Shown piece after piece: positions 14,601 through 24,208 of a DNA stretch of 64,000 nt. The stretch is from an uncultured Bacteroidales bacterium (lineage in GTDB: Bacteria; Bacteroidota; Bacteroidia; Bacteroidales; WCHB1-69). Location of the stretch: NCBI GenBank assembly GCA_946409645.1, contig CAMJXE010000008.1, positions 263 to 64,262 on the forward strand. The letters run 5' to 3'. Every line of letters begins with the position of its first letter. Position 1 is the first letter of the stretch. Below the pieces are notes generated by a model. It saw nothing but the letters and a program-made list of their open reading frames with translations, did no database searches and was not told the origin of the DNA. Position numbers and translations under genes: made by a program.

Positions 14601-17600
14601 TTGCTTCAACAGGTATGCTGCAACAAAGTCATTAGAAGGATTCGTAATACCAGCTCCAATAGCTGCCGTTTGTCCAGGACAATAATAATCTTGGAACATA
14701 AGCGTATCAATAGTCGGCTTATCTCTCAAATCAATCCAGAATTCGCCAAAGATAGTATCGCAATGATTACTGACTCGAACTAACGGTGAAGACTGAGTAG
14801 CGATGAATAGTTCAACATAATCCTCATAGGTAAGAGGATTAGTAGTATTGACAATAATGAGCGTATCATGAACATTGTCATAAACAACAATATCAACAAC
14901 TGCGCTTGCTGGGGTTACCGAAGCTTCGATAGCAGACTTGATTTCAGCAAGAACTGTGGTAGGTGCACAGTAGAACGTATCTTCTGTAAAGGATATAAGG
15001 GTATCGAAGTTAGCATTAGGCATTGCATACAACATCACATTGTGAGAAATGACGTTGTCGCAGGAGCTGTTTTGTTCACAAATACCTGCTTGTCTCCATT
15101 GACCAGGAACAACCTCGTTAACAACGAAAGAGGAATCAACAGTGAACGGACCGTACACAACGTTATCAATTGTGATAGTACCACAAGCGGTATCATTAAC
15201 AGAAGAGTACTGAATGCGGTTCAAAGAAACAGGCAGAGAACCAATGTTTGAAGTACAATTGAACTCGTCAGTTACTTTCACACAGAAAGTGAGGTCGTTG
15301 AGATTGGTGTCCGTACCCATGAAATTGAAACTGGAGTCAGTACCGTGCCAACCTTGAGTCCAGGTGTAAGAACTGATCTTCACATCATTCATAGGAACAA
15401 CAGCAATCAGAAGATCTTCTTGCTCACAGTAACGGTTAACAACATTAGTGGGAACAGGACAGCTGTTGATGGTGAAATAGAATTCAGGTCTCTGATGGAC
15501 AGTGACATTAATCATCGTGTCATAATTACAATGAGTGACAGGGTTGTAAGCATGGAAAATGTATGTACAACCATTCGGCATCACGTGATCAATATCAACA
15601 AGGATTGAAGCATTGTCTGAAGTGTCGATAATAGAGCACGGAGCTTTCCAGCTATAAATGAAGTTGGTGTCGCAATCCGTGAACACGCGACCAGTCAAAG
15701 TTACATCTGCATCATAGATACAATAGACAAAACCACCATTTACATGAGGTACGGGTTGGAAGTTATCTGTGATATAGAATGTAGGTTGACAGAGAGAATC
15801 TTGAATGGTAGCCATTGCATCGCGAACACAACCAGTGTTGAGATCCTTAGCCCAGAAGTGGTAAGTACCAACTGCCAAGCCTGTGAAGACACCAGTAGTG
15901 TTAGTGAAATTAACACCATCCATGCTATAAGCATAATAACCATCGGGATCTTCTGCATTCACGATAGTAACAGTAGCAGTACCGTCACCAGATGCAGGAT
16001 CGCAGAATTGGCTGGGAGTAGTAGCAATGCTGAGTTCAAACTCATACACATCAAGCTCAACATAGATGCTATCCTCGACATAACAACCAGTAACAGTGTC
16101 TAATGCAACGACATGATAGAGACCATCTGCCATCCAGTACATAGTGTGAGTCAACGGGAGATCGTAAGGAACTTGCATTTGAGTGTAAGAGGAATCGAAG
16201 AACAAATATTCATAGAAATGATCAGTCTCACCCTGTTCCACAACAGGAGAAAGGATAATCACCTGACCATTACCAGGTTTTGTAGTACCCATAGGACCAC
16301 AGTAATTGTTCGGGATCATAGTGAGTTCCATCGGCGGGATATGTTTGTGAGTAACAACAGTGTCTCCGCTGGTCTCACAACCATACTTAGAAATCACAGT
16401 CCAACGATAATATTTCTCGCCTAAACCAGTAACAGTGTGATTATGGGAAGCAATGTTAGCGTCAGTCTTAAATTCGGAGAAGTAAATAAGACCGCCGTTA
16501 TGAACAACGGTATCAATCTTAATACTATAGTTCTTAATGAATGTATTGAAGATATTTGCATCATTACCTTCTGCAGTTACATTGAATTCGATACCACCGT
16601 TGTAAGCTAAAAGATTAGGATCACAAGAGGTGTTGCTGATAATAGAATCAACTTCTACAACAGGATAATGCAAACTATCAGTAACTTGGAACGTCTGTTG
16701 AGTAGCACAGAAGTTACCATCGGTAGAAATAGCAGTAATTACATAGTCGTTACTTGCCAAACCAGTGTAGGGGTTAGCATAACCGTAAGAAGAACTGTTC
16801 GGGAAAGAATGATAATATCTGTAATCATTTGCAGGTGCAAATTCAAGAATACCGTTCTTATCGGGAGTACAGCTGAAGTTAGGAGTGATGGTAGCCGTGA
16901 ATTCAGGATACACACGAGAGTCCTTAACTTCAAAAGTGTCGTATGCCAAACAACCTTCTTGATTTTCAGCTTCGATAGCATAGAAACCATAATCCAAACC
17001 AGTAACAACAGTATTACCAGTATTCTTGTTAGATTTAATATTCCATGTAGCAGGCCATTCACCTTGAGTATTTCTCATCTTAACACGATACTTGTAATTA
17101 GTGTTGTCAAAGGTGATAGAGCCATTCTTCACAGTATTATCAGTGTGGAGGAAATAATCTGTATGACATTTCGTACGATCAGCAATTGTCACAGTAAAGT
17201 TAAAGTCGGAAGGTTCGATATCAACAGTGAAAGTAGTATCTTTGACACAGAAAGTAGTGTTGCTAATCTTTCTTACGAAATATTCACCAGCATCGACGAC
17301 TCCTTCGTAGTTAAGTTGCTTTTGCCAAATATAAGCGGTAGTAGATCCAACGGCGGGAACTTTCTTGTAGAGTTCATAGCTGAAACCATTCTCTTCGGTT
17401 ACAGCAATCAAACCATTTTCACCATTACATTGAGCTGGAGTAATCGTTACGATAGCCGGAGTGACATCATTAGGATCTTCGCCAACGAAGACTAATTTTT
17501 CACGCTCACAACCATGTAAGTTAATGACGGTTACTAAATACCAACCAGTAGAGAGTGAATCATAATAGATGGTATTCCAATTCGTACCTTCGTGATGAGG

Positions 17601-20600
17601 AACATCAGAAACCTTAATGTTCTCAGGATATTCAACACTAATACCGCTCAAAATCACGATATAACCCGTAGGAACAGTGTCAACAGCGATAATTCCGTTA
17701 TCGGCAGTGCACATATTGTCGTCCCAAACGCGAGTTTGGATATCTTTACCTTGATAGTACACAGTCAAAACTGCGGTATCCAATGCCACACACTCTTGGT
17801 CGTCAGTAGCGGTCACCAAGTAGTAGTAATTCATATAATCATTACCAGCATACATCAAAGTATCCATAATCATTAACTGAGCTTCATCACTTAATACCTC
17901 TTCTTGATTCAGTTCAGTCCATGCAAAAGTAGCATTAGCATCTGATGAAATAGCATTAAATGTCACAGAACCACCCTCGATAAGGTCGAATTGACAAACT
18001 TCTTGCTCAGGATCATCAATGTTGACCGTGATATAATTGGTGGGTTTGCGCAATTGGACAGTACCCGTCATCACAGCACCGCAAGGATTGACAATGGTGA
18101 TAGTCACAACAGAGTCACCATAGACTTGTTGACCAGCAGCAGGAGTTTGGGTGTACCAATCGTAGGTAGAACCGTTAATGATCAAATTCTCAACGAGGGT
18201 ATCAACACCAGCCTCTTGATGGTATTTAATACCGATATTGAATTCGTAACACTCATCGTTGATCATGGAAGCGGTGATGAATTCCTTGAAGTCAGGAACG
18301 AGCAATGCACAACCAGGAGCTTGAGGAACGAGGGTTTGCTCAGGAATGTTGGGAGTGAAGACAGGATCTTTAGCCTTAGCTCTAACTGAATATTGAGCAT
18401 TTGCAGAACAACCCTTATCATCTTCTGCATAAACGTATGCAGTGTAGAGGGTGTCGCAATATACAGGGATAATGTGGATAAAGGAAGTGTCAGCATCAGA
18501 AGCGTTGTTCACACTCTCACCAGTCCATACGAATGAATGCGGCTTAAGGGTCTGACCAGGAACAGGGTTAACAAGGTCAGCACGAATGTCAAGGTAACCG
18601 TATGTAGGACAAAGCGGGGTCTCCACATCAGCAGGAACCGGAGTAATAGCAATAACAGGGTTCTTTCTCACATAAACGAGTTTAATGTCAGAAGTATCGT
18701 AGCAACCGTTGCTGTTGGTAACGACCATCTGGAACTCAAAGTAGCCATAACCCGTGAATGCAACCTGAGTAGTGAGGCCATTTTGGTTAGTGAATTCAAC
18801 ATCTCCTCTATTGGCAATCCACTTATATGAATAAGGATTGAACGGACCAACGATAGAGTCGTCAATGCAAACAGTGGTGTCGAAAGAAAGAGTAATGCTA
18901 TCGCCGAAACAGATAAATTCAGGAGTAGCAGAGATACCACCTTCTTCAACGATAAACGGTTCAGGACGATCGAGGAAGAAGACAGCAGCAGTGATAGAGT
19001 TATTACATCTATCGGTAATCGTAGCATTGATGGTCAAGTGGTTATCCACGCGGAAAATATCCTTACCATTCTCACCGAAAGGAGGAAGACCGGTGTTTTC
19101 CCAAACGAAGCTAATGGATTGCATCAGGTATGCAGAATCGGTGCAGTTGTCATTCACATAAGGAGCAATAGCTGCGATAAGCGTCAAGCTATCCGGGCAG
19201 TCGTATGTACAGTTGCCAGCAGGAATCGGTAACAGACGAATCGGGCGATCGAAAGTGAATTCAGGAGCCACCACATCACGCGGAGTGACGATCTCGATGA
19301 AGGTAGATTGGTTACCGCAAGCATCTGCCAAGGTGTAGGTTCTCTTATGAGAATCATTGCAATATTCCGTGGAAACAACCTCGTCAGTAACACCAACCAA
19401 GGTAACCAGCTCAACATCGCAGTTGTCCTCGATTTCGATTTCGAAAGCTTCGACAACATCCTCGAGTGTAGTGTAAATAGGAGCATTGTCAGTGGTCACC
19501 TCACAAGCATCAACGAAATGAGAATACTCGGCAGGGGTAATGACGGGTTTAATGGTATCGCCAGTGAAATATTTGAAGACAACAGGTTTAGAAACACAAC
19601 CGTTGCCATCCACAACTATCACGGTAGTAACATAGTTGGAATCACACTTATTGGTAAGTTCTTGAGTGTAAGTGCTGGTGATTTGATTCGTCGTATCAGC
19701 GAAAACATCGGTATTCCAATAATAATGATACAGCGGATCAACATTGAACGGGATGTTGGCAATGGTCACTTCCATTTCCACCTCGCCGCCAGGACAGTAC
19801 ATTGAGTCCATCGGAGTTGCGACCAAAACAGGAGTTTGGTGCAAGTTCACCTTAACGAAATTGAAAACAGGAGATTCACAATCGGTTGCCTCGTTATAAG
19901 AAGTAGCGAAGAAATAAAGCGTGGTGTCCTTATTGACGGAAGGCTTATAATCCATCAAATTGACTTCCAATGCATTGCCTTGACCAGCAAGGATTGTTTG
20001 GAGGTTAAGGTTACCAATGACACGATACTCCTCGTTATCCTGAATCCGTTGATAAAGCTCTGAATTGTCTGCAGCATTCAGCTTCGTGTACCAACGAGTG
20101 GTGTTGGCACAATTAGGATCAGGAGCTGCCAAGGCGTTAAATACCGTTGTTGCATCAATCTCTTCAAGACAGAAATCAACCTTCGTCACAGTAATTACGG
20201 GAGCTTGCATTTCTTCAACCGTCACAGTGAAAGTCACAGGCTCGCTCTCACATTCGAGAGTGTCATTATAGGTATTGACTTGTTTAACAGTAAAGGAATA
20301 GATACCCGGAACCATGTTGTTAGGCAAAACGGGGTTCGGATACCAATTTTCACCTCTCTTCCACATAATCTGGTAGGTGTCATTATCCGTCAAACCGGTC
20401 AAATCGGGATGGACCAGCAAAGCGAGTGAATCCGTATTGAAAGCGTCGCATTTGCAGATCGTAAGGTCGTCAGCTTCCACAACAGGATTGTGTCTCAAGA
20501 AGAAACTAACATTTTGGATAGTGTCAATATTAATATATGCACAATCGCCGGCACCTTCGAATGTACCGTACAAGAGGGTTGTGTCAGGAATATTAGCATG

Positions 20601-21572
20601 GAAAGCGAAAGTTGTAGGAGCGGGACCGCCCATCACAACAGCGTCAGCGTTTTCGCAAATTTCCATAGAGAGGGTGTCAAAGACAGGATAGTGAAGAACG
20701 TCTTCCATGAGGACGGGGCCGCAGCAAGATTGGTGACCGCCGATGTGGGCGAGTTCGTTGCCACCAAATTGAGCGTTATACCAATCCGTACCGCCGATAC
20801 GCTCGCGAATGCGCATTGTCAATCTGTAGTCACCACTTTGTTTCCAATTAATAGAGACGAAGTTACGGGTAGAGGCGAGAAAATCATAGTAGAAATAGTC
20901 AAATCCTTGAGTATAGATATTCACCATCGGACTTGCAGGGGTAGGCAAAGTAGCAAGCACGGTGCCAGGGATACCAGTAACAGCAACATCCTGAGTTTGA
21001 AGAGCACCAGGATAGTTGGTCGGGGTAGTGCAATGAGGAAGACCCGAAATGGTATCTAGCAAAGTATATACCTCTGATTCGTTGCAATAGCCATAACCAT
21101 CCGGTACAATACCGCCGAGCCATGCAATCGTCTGACATTGGCCATTAGCATTGATTTGCGGGTAGAATGTGTGGATGCCGAAATCCGCATACTGGGACAG
21201 GTTGGCATTCACAATCTCCCACATACCGGTGGCATCATTTCTGCGCTCAAGTACCCAGTCAATAGAGACTTTCTTGCCAGCATACTCGGGGCAGGGACAG
21301 ATGTGCAACTCGTAGAGTTGGGTTTCGCCACCGTTAATGGCGAGCACTTCTTGACCCACATTACCAAGGTAACGGTTGTTCTCACCGAAGAGAACTGCAT
21401 TACCCAGCGTGTGGTTCAGGGCATACGTTCCATCAGCATTACCTGAATTGGCAACAGCAGACAGAACATCTGGTTGGAGATTCTCCACCCAGAAGCCACA
21501 CTGAGCTTTCGCGCTGAAGTTCATTAGCCCCAGCAGAACGCTCAGAAAGCAAATCGATAATAGTTTTTTCAT
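11649..21572 (-). CDS. Giant (3307 aa) Cys-rich secreted protein with T9SS C-terminal sorting domain; probable surface adhesin
   Basis: Sec signal MKKLLSICFLSVLLGLMNFSAKAQ. C-terminal roughly 85 aa (VWPNPAPAIVTTFKARVYNMSG...VTVRQ) resembles the Por_Secre_tail/TIGR04183 type. The central region has repeated Cys-bounded modules. Single uninterrupted 9.9-kb ORF. Confidence 0.85.
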   Translation of the reverse strand: MKKLLSICFLSVLLGLMNFSAKAQCGFWVENLQPDVLSAVANSGNADGTYALNHTLGNAVLFGENNRYLGNVGQEVLAINGGETQLYELHICPCPEYAGKKVSIDWVLERRNDATGMWEIVNANLSQYADFGIHTFYPQINANGQCQTIAWLGGIVPDGYGYCNESEVYTLLDTISGLPHCTTPTNYPGALQTQDVAVTGIPGTVLATLPTPASPMVNIYTQGFDYFYYDFLASTRNFVSINWKQSGDYRLTMRIRERIGGTDWYNAQFGGNELAHIGGHQSCCGPVLMEDVLHYPVFDTLSMEICENADAVVMGGPAPTTFAFHANIPDTTLLYGTFEGAGDCAYINIDTIQNVSFFLRHNPVVEADDLTICKCDAFNTDSLALLVHPDLTGLTDNDTYQIMWKRGENWYPNPVLPNNMVPGIYSFTVKQVNTYNDTLECESEPVTFTVTVEEMQAPVITVTKVDFCLEEIDATTVFNALAAPDPNCANTTRWYTKLNAADNSELYQRIQDNEEYRVIGNLNLQTILAGQGNALEVNLMDYKPSVNKDTTLYFFATSYNEATDCESPVFNFVKVNLHQTPVLVATPMDSMYCPGGEVEMEVTIANIPFNVDPLYHYYWNTDVFADTTNQITSTYTQELTNKCDSNYVTTVIVVDGNGCVSKPVVFKYFTGDTIKPVITPAEYSHFVDACEVTTDNAPIYTTLEDVVEAFEIEIEDNCDVELVTLVGVTDEVVSTEYCNDSHKRTYTLADACGNQSTFIEIVTPRDVVAPEFTFDRPIRLLPIPAGNCTYDCPDSLTLIAAIAPYVNDNCTDSAYLMQSISFVWENTGLPPFGENGKDIFRVDNHLTINATITDRCNNSITAAVFFLDRPEPFIVEEGGISATPEFICFGDSITLSFDTTVCIDDSIVGPFNPYSYKWIANRGDVEFTNQNGLTTQVAFTGYGYFEFQMVVTNSNGCYDTSDIKLVYVRKNPVIAITPVPADVETPLCPTYGYLDIRADLVNPVPGQTLKPHSFVWTGESVNNASDADTSFIHIIPVYCDTLYTAYVYAEDDKGCSANAQYSVRAKAKDPVFTPNIPEQTLVPQAPGCALLVPDFKEFITASMINDECYEFNIGIKYHQEAGVDTLVENLIINGSTYDWYTQTPAAGQQVYGDSVVTITIVNPCGAVMTGTVQLRKPTNYITVNIDDPEQEVCQFDLIEGGSVTFNAISSDANATFAWTELNQEEVLSDEAQLMIMDTLMYAGNDYMNYYYLVTATDDQECVALDTAVLTVYYQGKDIQTRVWDDNMCTADNGIIAVDTVPTGYIVILSGISVEYPENIKVSDVPHHEGTNWNTIYYDSLSTGWYLVTVINLHGCEREKLVFVGEDPNDVTPAIVTITPAQCNGENGLIAVTEENGFSYELYKKVPAVGSTTAYIWQKQLNYEGVVDAGEYFVRKISNTTFCVKDTTFTVDIEPSDFNFTVTIADRTKCHTDYFLHTDNTVKNGSITFDNTNYKYRVKMRNTQGEWPATWNIKSNKNTGNTVVTGLDYGFYAIEAENQEGCLAYDTFEVKDSRVYPEFTATITPNFSCTPDKNGILEFAPANDYRYYHSFPNSSSYGYANPYTGLASNDYVITAISTDGNFCATQQTFQVTDSLHYPVVEVDSIISNTSCDPNLLAYNGGIEFNVTAEGNDANIFNTFIKNYSIKIDTVVHNGGLIYFSEFKTDANIASHNHTVTGLGEKYYRWTVISKYGCETSGDTVVTHKHIPPMELTMIPNNYCGPMGTTKPGNGQVIILSPVVEQGETDHFYEYLFFDSSYTQMQVPYDLPLTHTMYWMADGLYHVVALDTVTGCYVEDSIYVELDVYEFELSIATTPSQFCDPASGDGTATVTIVNAEDPDGYYAYSMDGVNFTNTTGVFTGLAVGTYHFWAKDLNTGCVRDAMATIQDSLCQPTFYITDNFQPVPHVNGGFVYCIYDADVTLTGRVFTDCDTNFIYSWKAPCSIIDTSDNASILVDIDHVMPNGCTYIFHAYNPVTHCNYDTMINVTVHQRPEFYFTINSCPVPTNVVNRYCEQEDLLIAVVPMNDVKISSYTWTQGWHGTDSSFNFMGTDTNLNDLTFCVKVTDEFNCTSNIGSLPVSLNRIQYSSVNDTACGTITIDNVVYGPFTVDSSFVVNEVVPGQWRQAGICEQNSSCDNVISHNVMLYAMPNANFDTLISFTEDTFYCAPTTVLAEIKSAIEASVTPASAVVDIVVYDNVHDTLIIVNTTNPLTYEDYVELFIATQSSPLVRVSNHCDTIFGEFWIDLRDKPTIDTLMFQDYYCPGQTAAIGAGITNPSNDFVAAYLLKQNSTNTAQWDTLDMQFVAPNNSQVEFTFLPYASTFNNSDLRITVDNGCGVADTTFRIYVDTTDIMPMYLTKVYCEGDTMKYSDFMVNGHVLADDSEATALVLRQNAPSQNYQTLTMPYVVSMDDDNMLIHFEFSSRCGYTIRTQDDTVFVNPLPSIIAEPFENMELCLENAVEALNLYDSLNIHVFNATDSGWVFSTVDTFNNEILYNFTNAGMLTAQALVDSAIKYSVVMVGYKAVNNNGCGDTIVDMGLLRILKPVQITNLTPATIVLCPEATLNNLLVSVSITADINNYLPTEIDTTYWAVNGSNWAQIINFNNKLTIEAGQKLAVIVAPNPQIATTCGPDTAYINVTYYDTTHAEPTMQAACVNSKFADFVEVDPQWTGSSSIILPDGSYWTYYNYESANYVRFNNTDTVFEYQPNSPVLVQYVWETSCGIYTTDIYELEFMIAPIVTINDATIIAGTVYDTIPVCLNSILGSVSFEVIDPSAIAIDTVWTLDGDTIELDQHVFTAEDNEKLLVVIVSSDCDDATDTVIVKVLPLPIPDVVGDTRICKTNSEAVLSVVNPDITAYEYQWQYDLNGQFQNVPGGYGLGATLHVSFDTIDGQTRLIFNYDTTGAQFVPVSEYYYFNVIATELDGIGCSSVDINNVSVDAFDQHVITVKTTDDPQFIFKYNGVETHKIENLTTGNMTEYTWEVNHECMPGDKLVFVEFTIYHNGRVINKDSLSSYFQPQTFNTNTWITRNHISWENSQHSLLHATGYYNSSIPGYETASGAQTGNHFPNQDMAFGNNQQFDDVFMHFLNERPVDKTIAPFITNGEYKIVYRLIATSYQSTYQHLYYNADSAKTLRIGGHNAYNGSLDTLATDSILLIVGGDNLAAVENPVAPTMAPAISTDENVIVPEMEVWPNPAPAIVTTFKARVYNMSGDATVTITNFSGKQVYNGKLYIDSDNYYFEADVNSLSVGAYIMTVRTQDAVVTKKLVVTVRQ

Positions 21573-21686
21573 ACTGTTTTTGTTTAATTTGTAATTTATA
21601 TTATTTATTTTTCTTTATTATTTCTCGTTTTTTGCCTTTAAGTCAACACTATATATTACTTTACACTATACATAATTTTTAACCTG

Positions 21687-21694
21687 CAAAAATA
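21687..21694 (-). promoter_or_regulatory. -7 box (TATTTTTG) for the giant T9SS cargo gene
   Basis: Forward CTGCAAAAATACA followed by T9. 114 nt upstream of ATG 21572. Confidence 0.5.
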
Positions 21695-22076
21695 CATTTT
21701 TTTTTCATTGTTTATTCAAGAATCTAACTTTTTTCGATTTTTTTTGCATTTTTTCTCAATATGCTAATAATCAACATGTTAGAATACAACAACGCAGCAA
21801 AAAAAAATATCAACAGGTATCAACAAGTATCAAAAATGTTATAAACAGCGGTTTTACTACATAGTTTTGGGTTTTCTTGGTTATACGCAATGGGGAGAGG
21901 GAAGGTTACAAGTTAGCAGTTTGGGGTAACACCGAAAAATCACCAACATATTAAACCTCTTCCTTGAGGTGCCTTGTCAGGTGCAGGAATATCTGTAACT
22001 CAGAACGGATAGACGAAGAATAATGATCAATAGACAATATCGTTGCGAGAATCAAACAGCGCGTATTGGAATACGA

Positions 22077-22108
22077 ATCGCGCCGGAATTTTAAATTCTC
22101 GGCGCGAT
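22077..22108 (-). terminator. Hairpin terminator of the OmpA-family gene
   Basis: ATCGCGCCGGAATT-TTA-AATTC(T)CGGCGCGAT. About 14 bp with one bulge. Confidence 0.65.
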
Positions 22109-22163
22109 ATTGCATAATCAATTGATTATCTGTGATTTATAAATACCAATGTTCCTTTCATCA

Positions 22164-24089
22164 TCATCGGATGATCTTGAACTCTGTTCGGCGGTTGATG
22201 GCCCTGCCTTCATCTGTTGCGTTGTCCGCAATAGGAACACGTTTGCCGTAACCCTTGTACTGGAGACGGTCGGCGGGGATGCCCTTGTTAACGAGATAGT
22301 CGTAAACGGATTTGGCACGGTTTTCGGACAAGCGGTCGTTGTAATCATCAGAACCTTGGTCATCAGTGTGACCGCCGATCTCTATACGGATTTTATTAGT
22401 ACGGAGGTAGTCTGCCAACTTGTCGAGTTCAACGTATGACTCAGGCTTAAGCTCAGCCTTGTCAAAGTCGAAGAAGACGTTCTTGAGTGTGACAACCGTT
22501 CCCACGTCGGTGGGTTGCAGGGCGATGTCCTTGAGGAAAGGGGAAAGTTCTGTGTATGTCTTTTCCAATTGGAAGTTCTCGGAGTAGAATGGGTAGTCAG
22601 GGTGGGAAACATTGAGCAGCACATTACCACCGGTATGAATACAAGCAAGGTAGCTGCCCGTCTGTACATCAGAGGAAGTAGAAGTCAGTAATTGCTTGGT
22701 ATTCAGATCAATCATCTCAATCTTGGCGGCTAAAGGTTCACCTGTGAAGGCATCGCGTACATGGCCCTTTATGTAAGTAACGGGATTGGGACGCAACTGG
22801 TCATCAAGCTCGAAACTGTATAGGTCAAGCCCGCCAAAGCCACCATCTTTGTCTGAGGCGACGTATGCCAAAGTACCCATGGCGTTGATGAAGACATTGA
22901 TTTCGTCGGCCGGAGTATTGATAGGGTAACCCATGTTCTTGGGCTCGCTCCATGAACCGTCCGGTTGGAGCGTGGTGTAGTAGAGGTCGTAGCCTCCCAT
23001 TCCCACGCGCCCGTTAGAAGCGAAGTAGAGCGTGCGTCCGTCGCTGTGTATGAATGGAGCCGCATCATCTCCGGGTGTGTTAATGATTGGACCGAGATTT
23101 TCGGGAATCGAGAATTCGCCCTCAGCCGTCATAGTGGTCTTCCAAATGTCCATACCCCCATAGCCGCCGGAGCGGGAAGAGGCGAAATAGATGGTCGTGC
23201 CGTCAGAAGCCATAGTCGGCTGACTCTCCCATGCTGGAGTGTTCACAGGAGCACCAAAGTTACGGGGTCGCGACCAACGGTCACCGATGCGCTTTGCCCA
23301 GTAGAGGTCACAGCTTCCCATCCCGAAATCTGCGTCGCACAACGTGTAAAGCAGGTACTTTCCATCAGGAGATAGACACTGCGCTCCTTCGTTATAACCT
23401 GTCTTAATGGGTGGACCGAGAATATGTCGCGGATTCCAATTGCCATCGGAGGACTTAACACTACAGTAGAGATCCTCCTCATTGACACAAAAGGCGCAAA
23501 CCGTCGCATTGTCGCGGGGGCGTTTTACAGTAAAGACTATTTCTTCATCATCGGCAGTGATGGCCGCAAGGAACTCGTCCCAATCGGAGTTAACGTTAGG
23601 TCCAAGGTTAACAAGTTCATAGTTCATAGGATGCTGCATGGCCTCGATCGCGAACTTGCAATTGGCGATAATCTTCTGAGCTTCAGGATGTACGTCGGAA
23701 TACTGCAAACCAGTTTGCAGGAAAAGCTGCAAGGTATTGAGTGCGTATTCGTAAGCACCGCACTTGGCCCCCTCGTTGCCCGCAATGAAATAGAGCATTG
23801 GGTCAGGATTGCCAATGAGGTCGATGGCGCGTTGATAATTACACATCGCGGAATCGGACTGTAAGCGAAAGTTGAAAACATCTCCCTTCATGATGTATAG
23901 ATCTGGAAAATTAGGATCTTTGTCCTGAGCCTGATACAGATACTTCAATGCCTTGTCGAAATCATTGGATTTGAGGCATTGTTTGGCCTTTTCGCACAAG
24001 GGAGCCGCCTTAGAGCCTTTCTGCGCGTTAGTGATCATCGGAGCGATGAAACACATTAATATTATATATACTATATTTATTTTATACAT
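22164..24089 (-). CDS. OmpA-family protein with TPR-like and PD40/TolB-like repeats
   Basis: Signal peptide. Repeats YFASSRSGGYGGMDIW, LYFASNGRVGMGGYDLY, AYVASDKDGGFGGLDLY. C-terminal OmpA domain IEIGGHTDDQGSDDYNDRLSENRAKSVYDYLV..NRRTEF. Confidence 0.85.
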   Translation of the reverse strand: MYKINIVYIILMCFIAPMITNAQKGSKAAPLCEKAKQCLKSNDFDKALKYLYQAQDKDPNFPDLYIMKGDVFNFRLQSDSAMCNYQRAIDLIGNPDPMLYFIAGNEGAKCGAYEYALNTLQLFLQTGLQYSDVHPEAQKIIANCKFAIEAMQHPMNYELVNLGPNVNSDWDEFLAAITADDEEIVFTVKRPRDNATVCAFCVNEEDLYCSVKSSDGNWNPRHILGPPIKTGYNEGAQCLSPDGKYLLYTLCDADFGMGSCDLYWAKRIGDRWSRPRNFGAPVNTPAWESQPTMASDGTTIYFASSRSGGYGGMDIWKTTMTAEGEFSIPENLGPIINTPGDDAAPFIHSDGRTLYFASNGRVGMGGYDLYYTTLQPDGSWSEPKNMGYPINTPADEINVFINAMGTLAYVASDKDGGFGGLDLYSFELDDQLRPNPVTYIKGHVRDAFTGEPLAAKIEMIDLNTKQLLTSTSSDVQTGSYLACIHTGGNVLLNVSHPDYPFYSENFQLEKTYTELSPFLKDIALQPTDVGTVVTLKNVFFDFDKAELKPESYVELDKLADYLRTNKIRIEIGGHTDDQGSDDYNDRLSENRAKSVYDYLVNKGIPADRLQYKGYGKRVPIADNATDEGRAINRRTEFKIIR

Positions 24090-24173
24090 CCCTGTAGGGT
24101 TTTATTTCTAATATCCTATGGCTCGCTATCGCCTTCACCTTAAGTTGACATGTATCGGGCCAGCAGCCCCCCT

Positions 24174-24208
24174 GGAATAACTACTAACTACTAACTGCTA
24201 ACTGTTCT
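24174..24208. repeat. Heptad array GGAATAA CTACTAA CTACTAA CTGCTAA CTGTTCT
   Basis: Read directly. Contains the mazG stop codon (24184-24186) and its last codons (..EQLAVSS). Confidence 0.85.

Noticed and set aside
11860-21446. About 35 plus-strand ORFs of 60-275 aa
   Set aside because: All lie antisense inside the single 9.9-kb minus-strand ORF. Their composition is repetitive and Ile/Asn/Ser/Arg-rich, mirroring the Thr/Asn/Val/Asp-rich sense protein. None has a promoter box.
21573-22163. Invertible promoter (inverted repeats flanking a promoter) upstream of the giant gene or under control of the serine recombinase
   Set aside because: A manual search found no inverted repeat pair of 10 nt or more flanking the promoter. 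The only shared words around the PIN operon (TATATTTGG at 2084-2092 and its complement at 3573-3581) are the promoter consensus itself.
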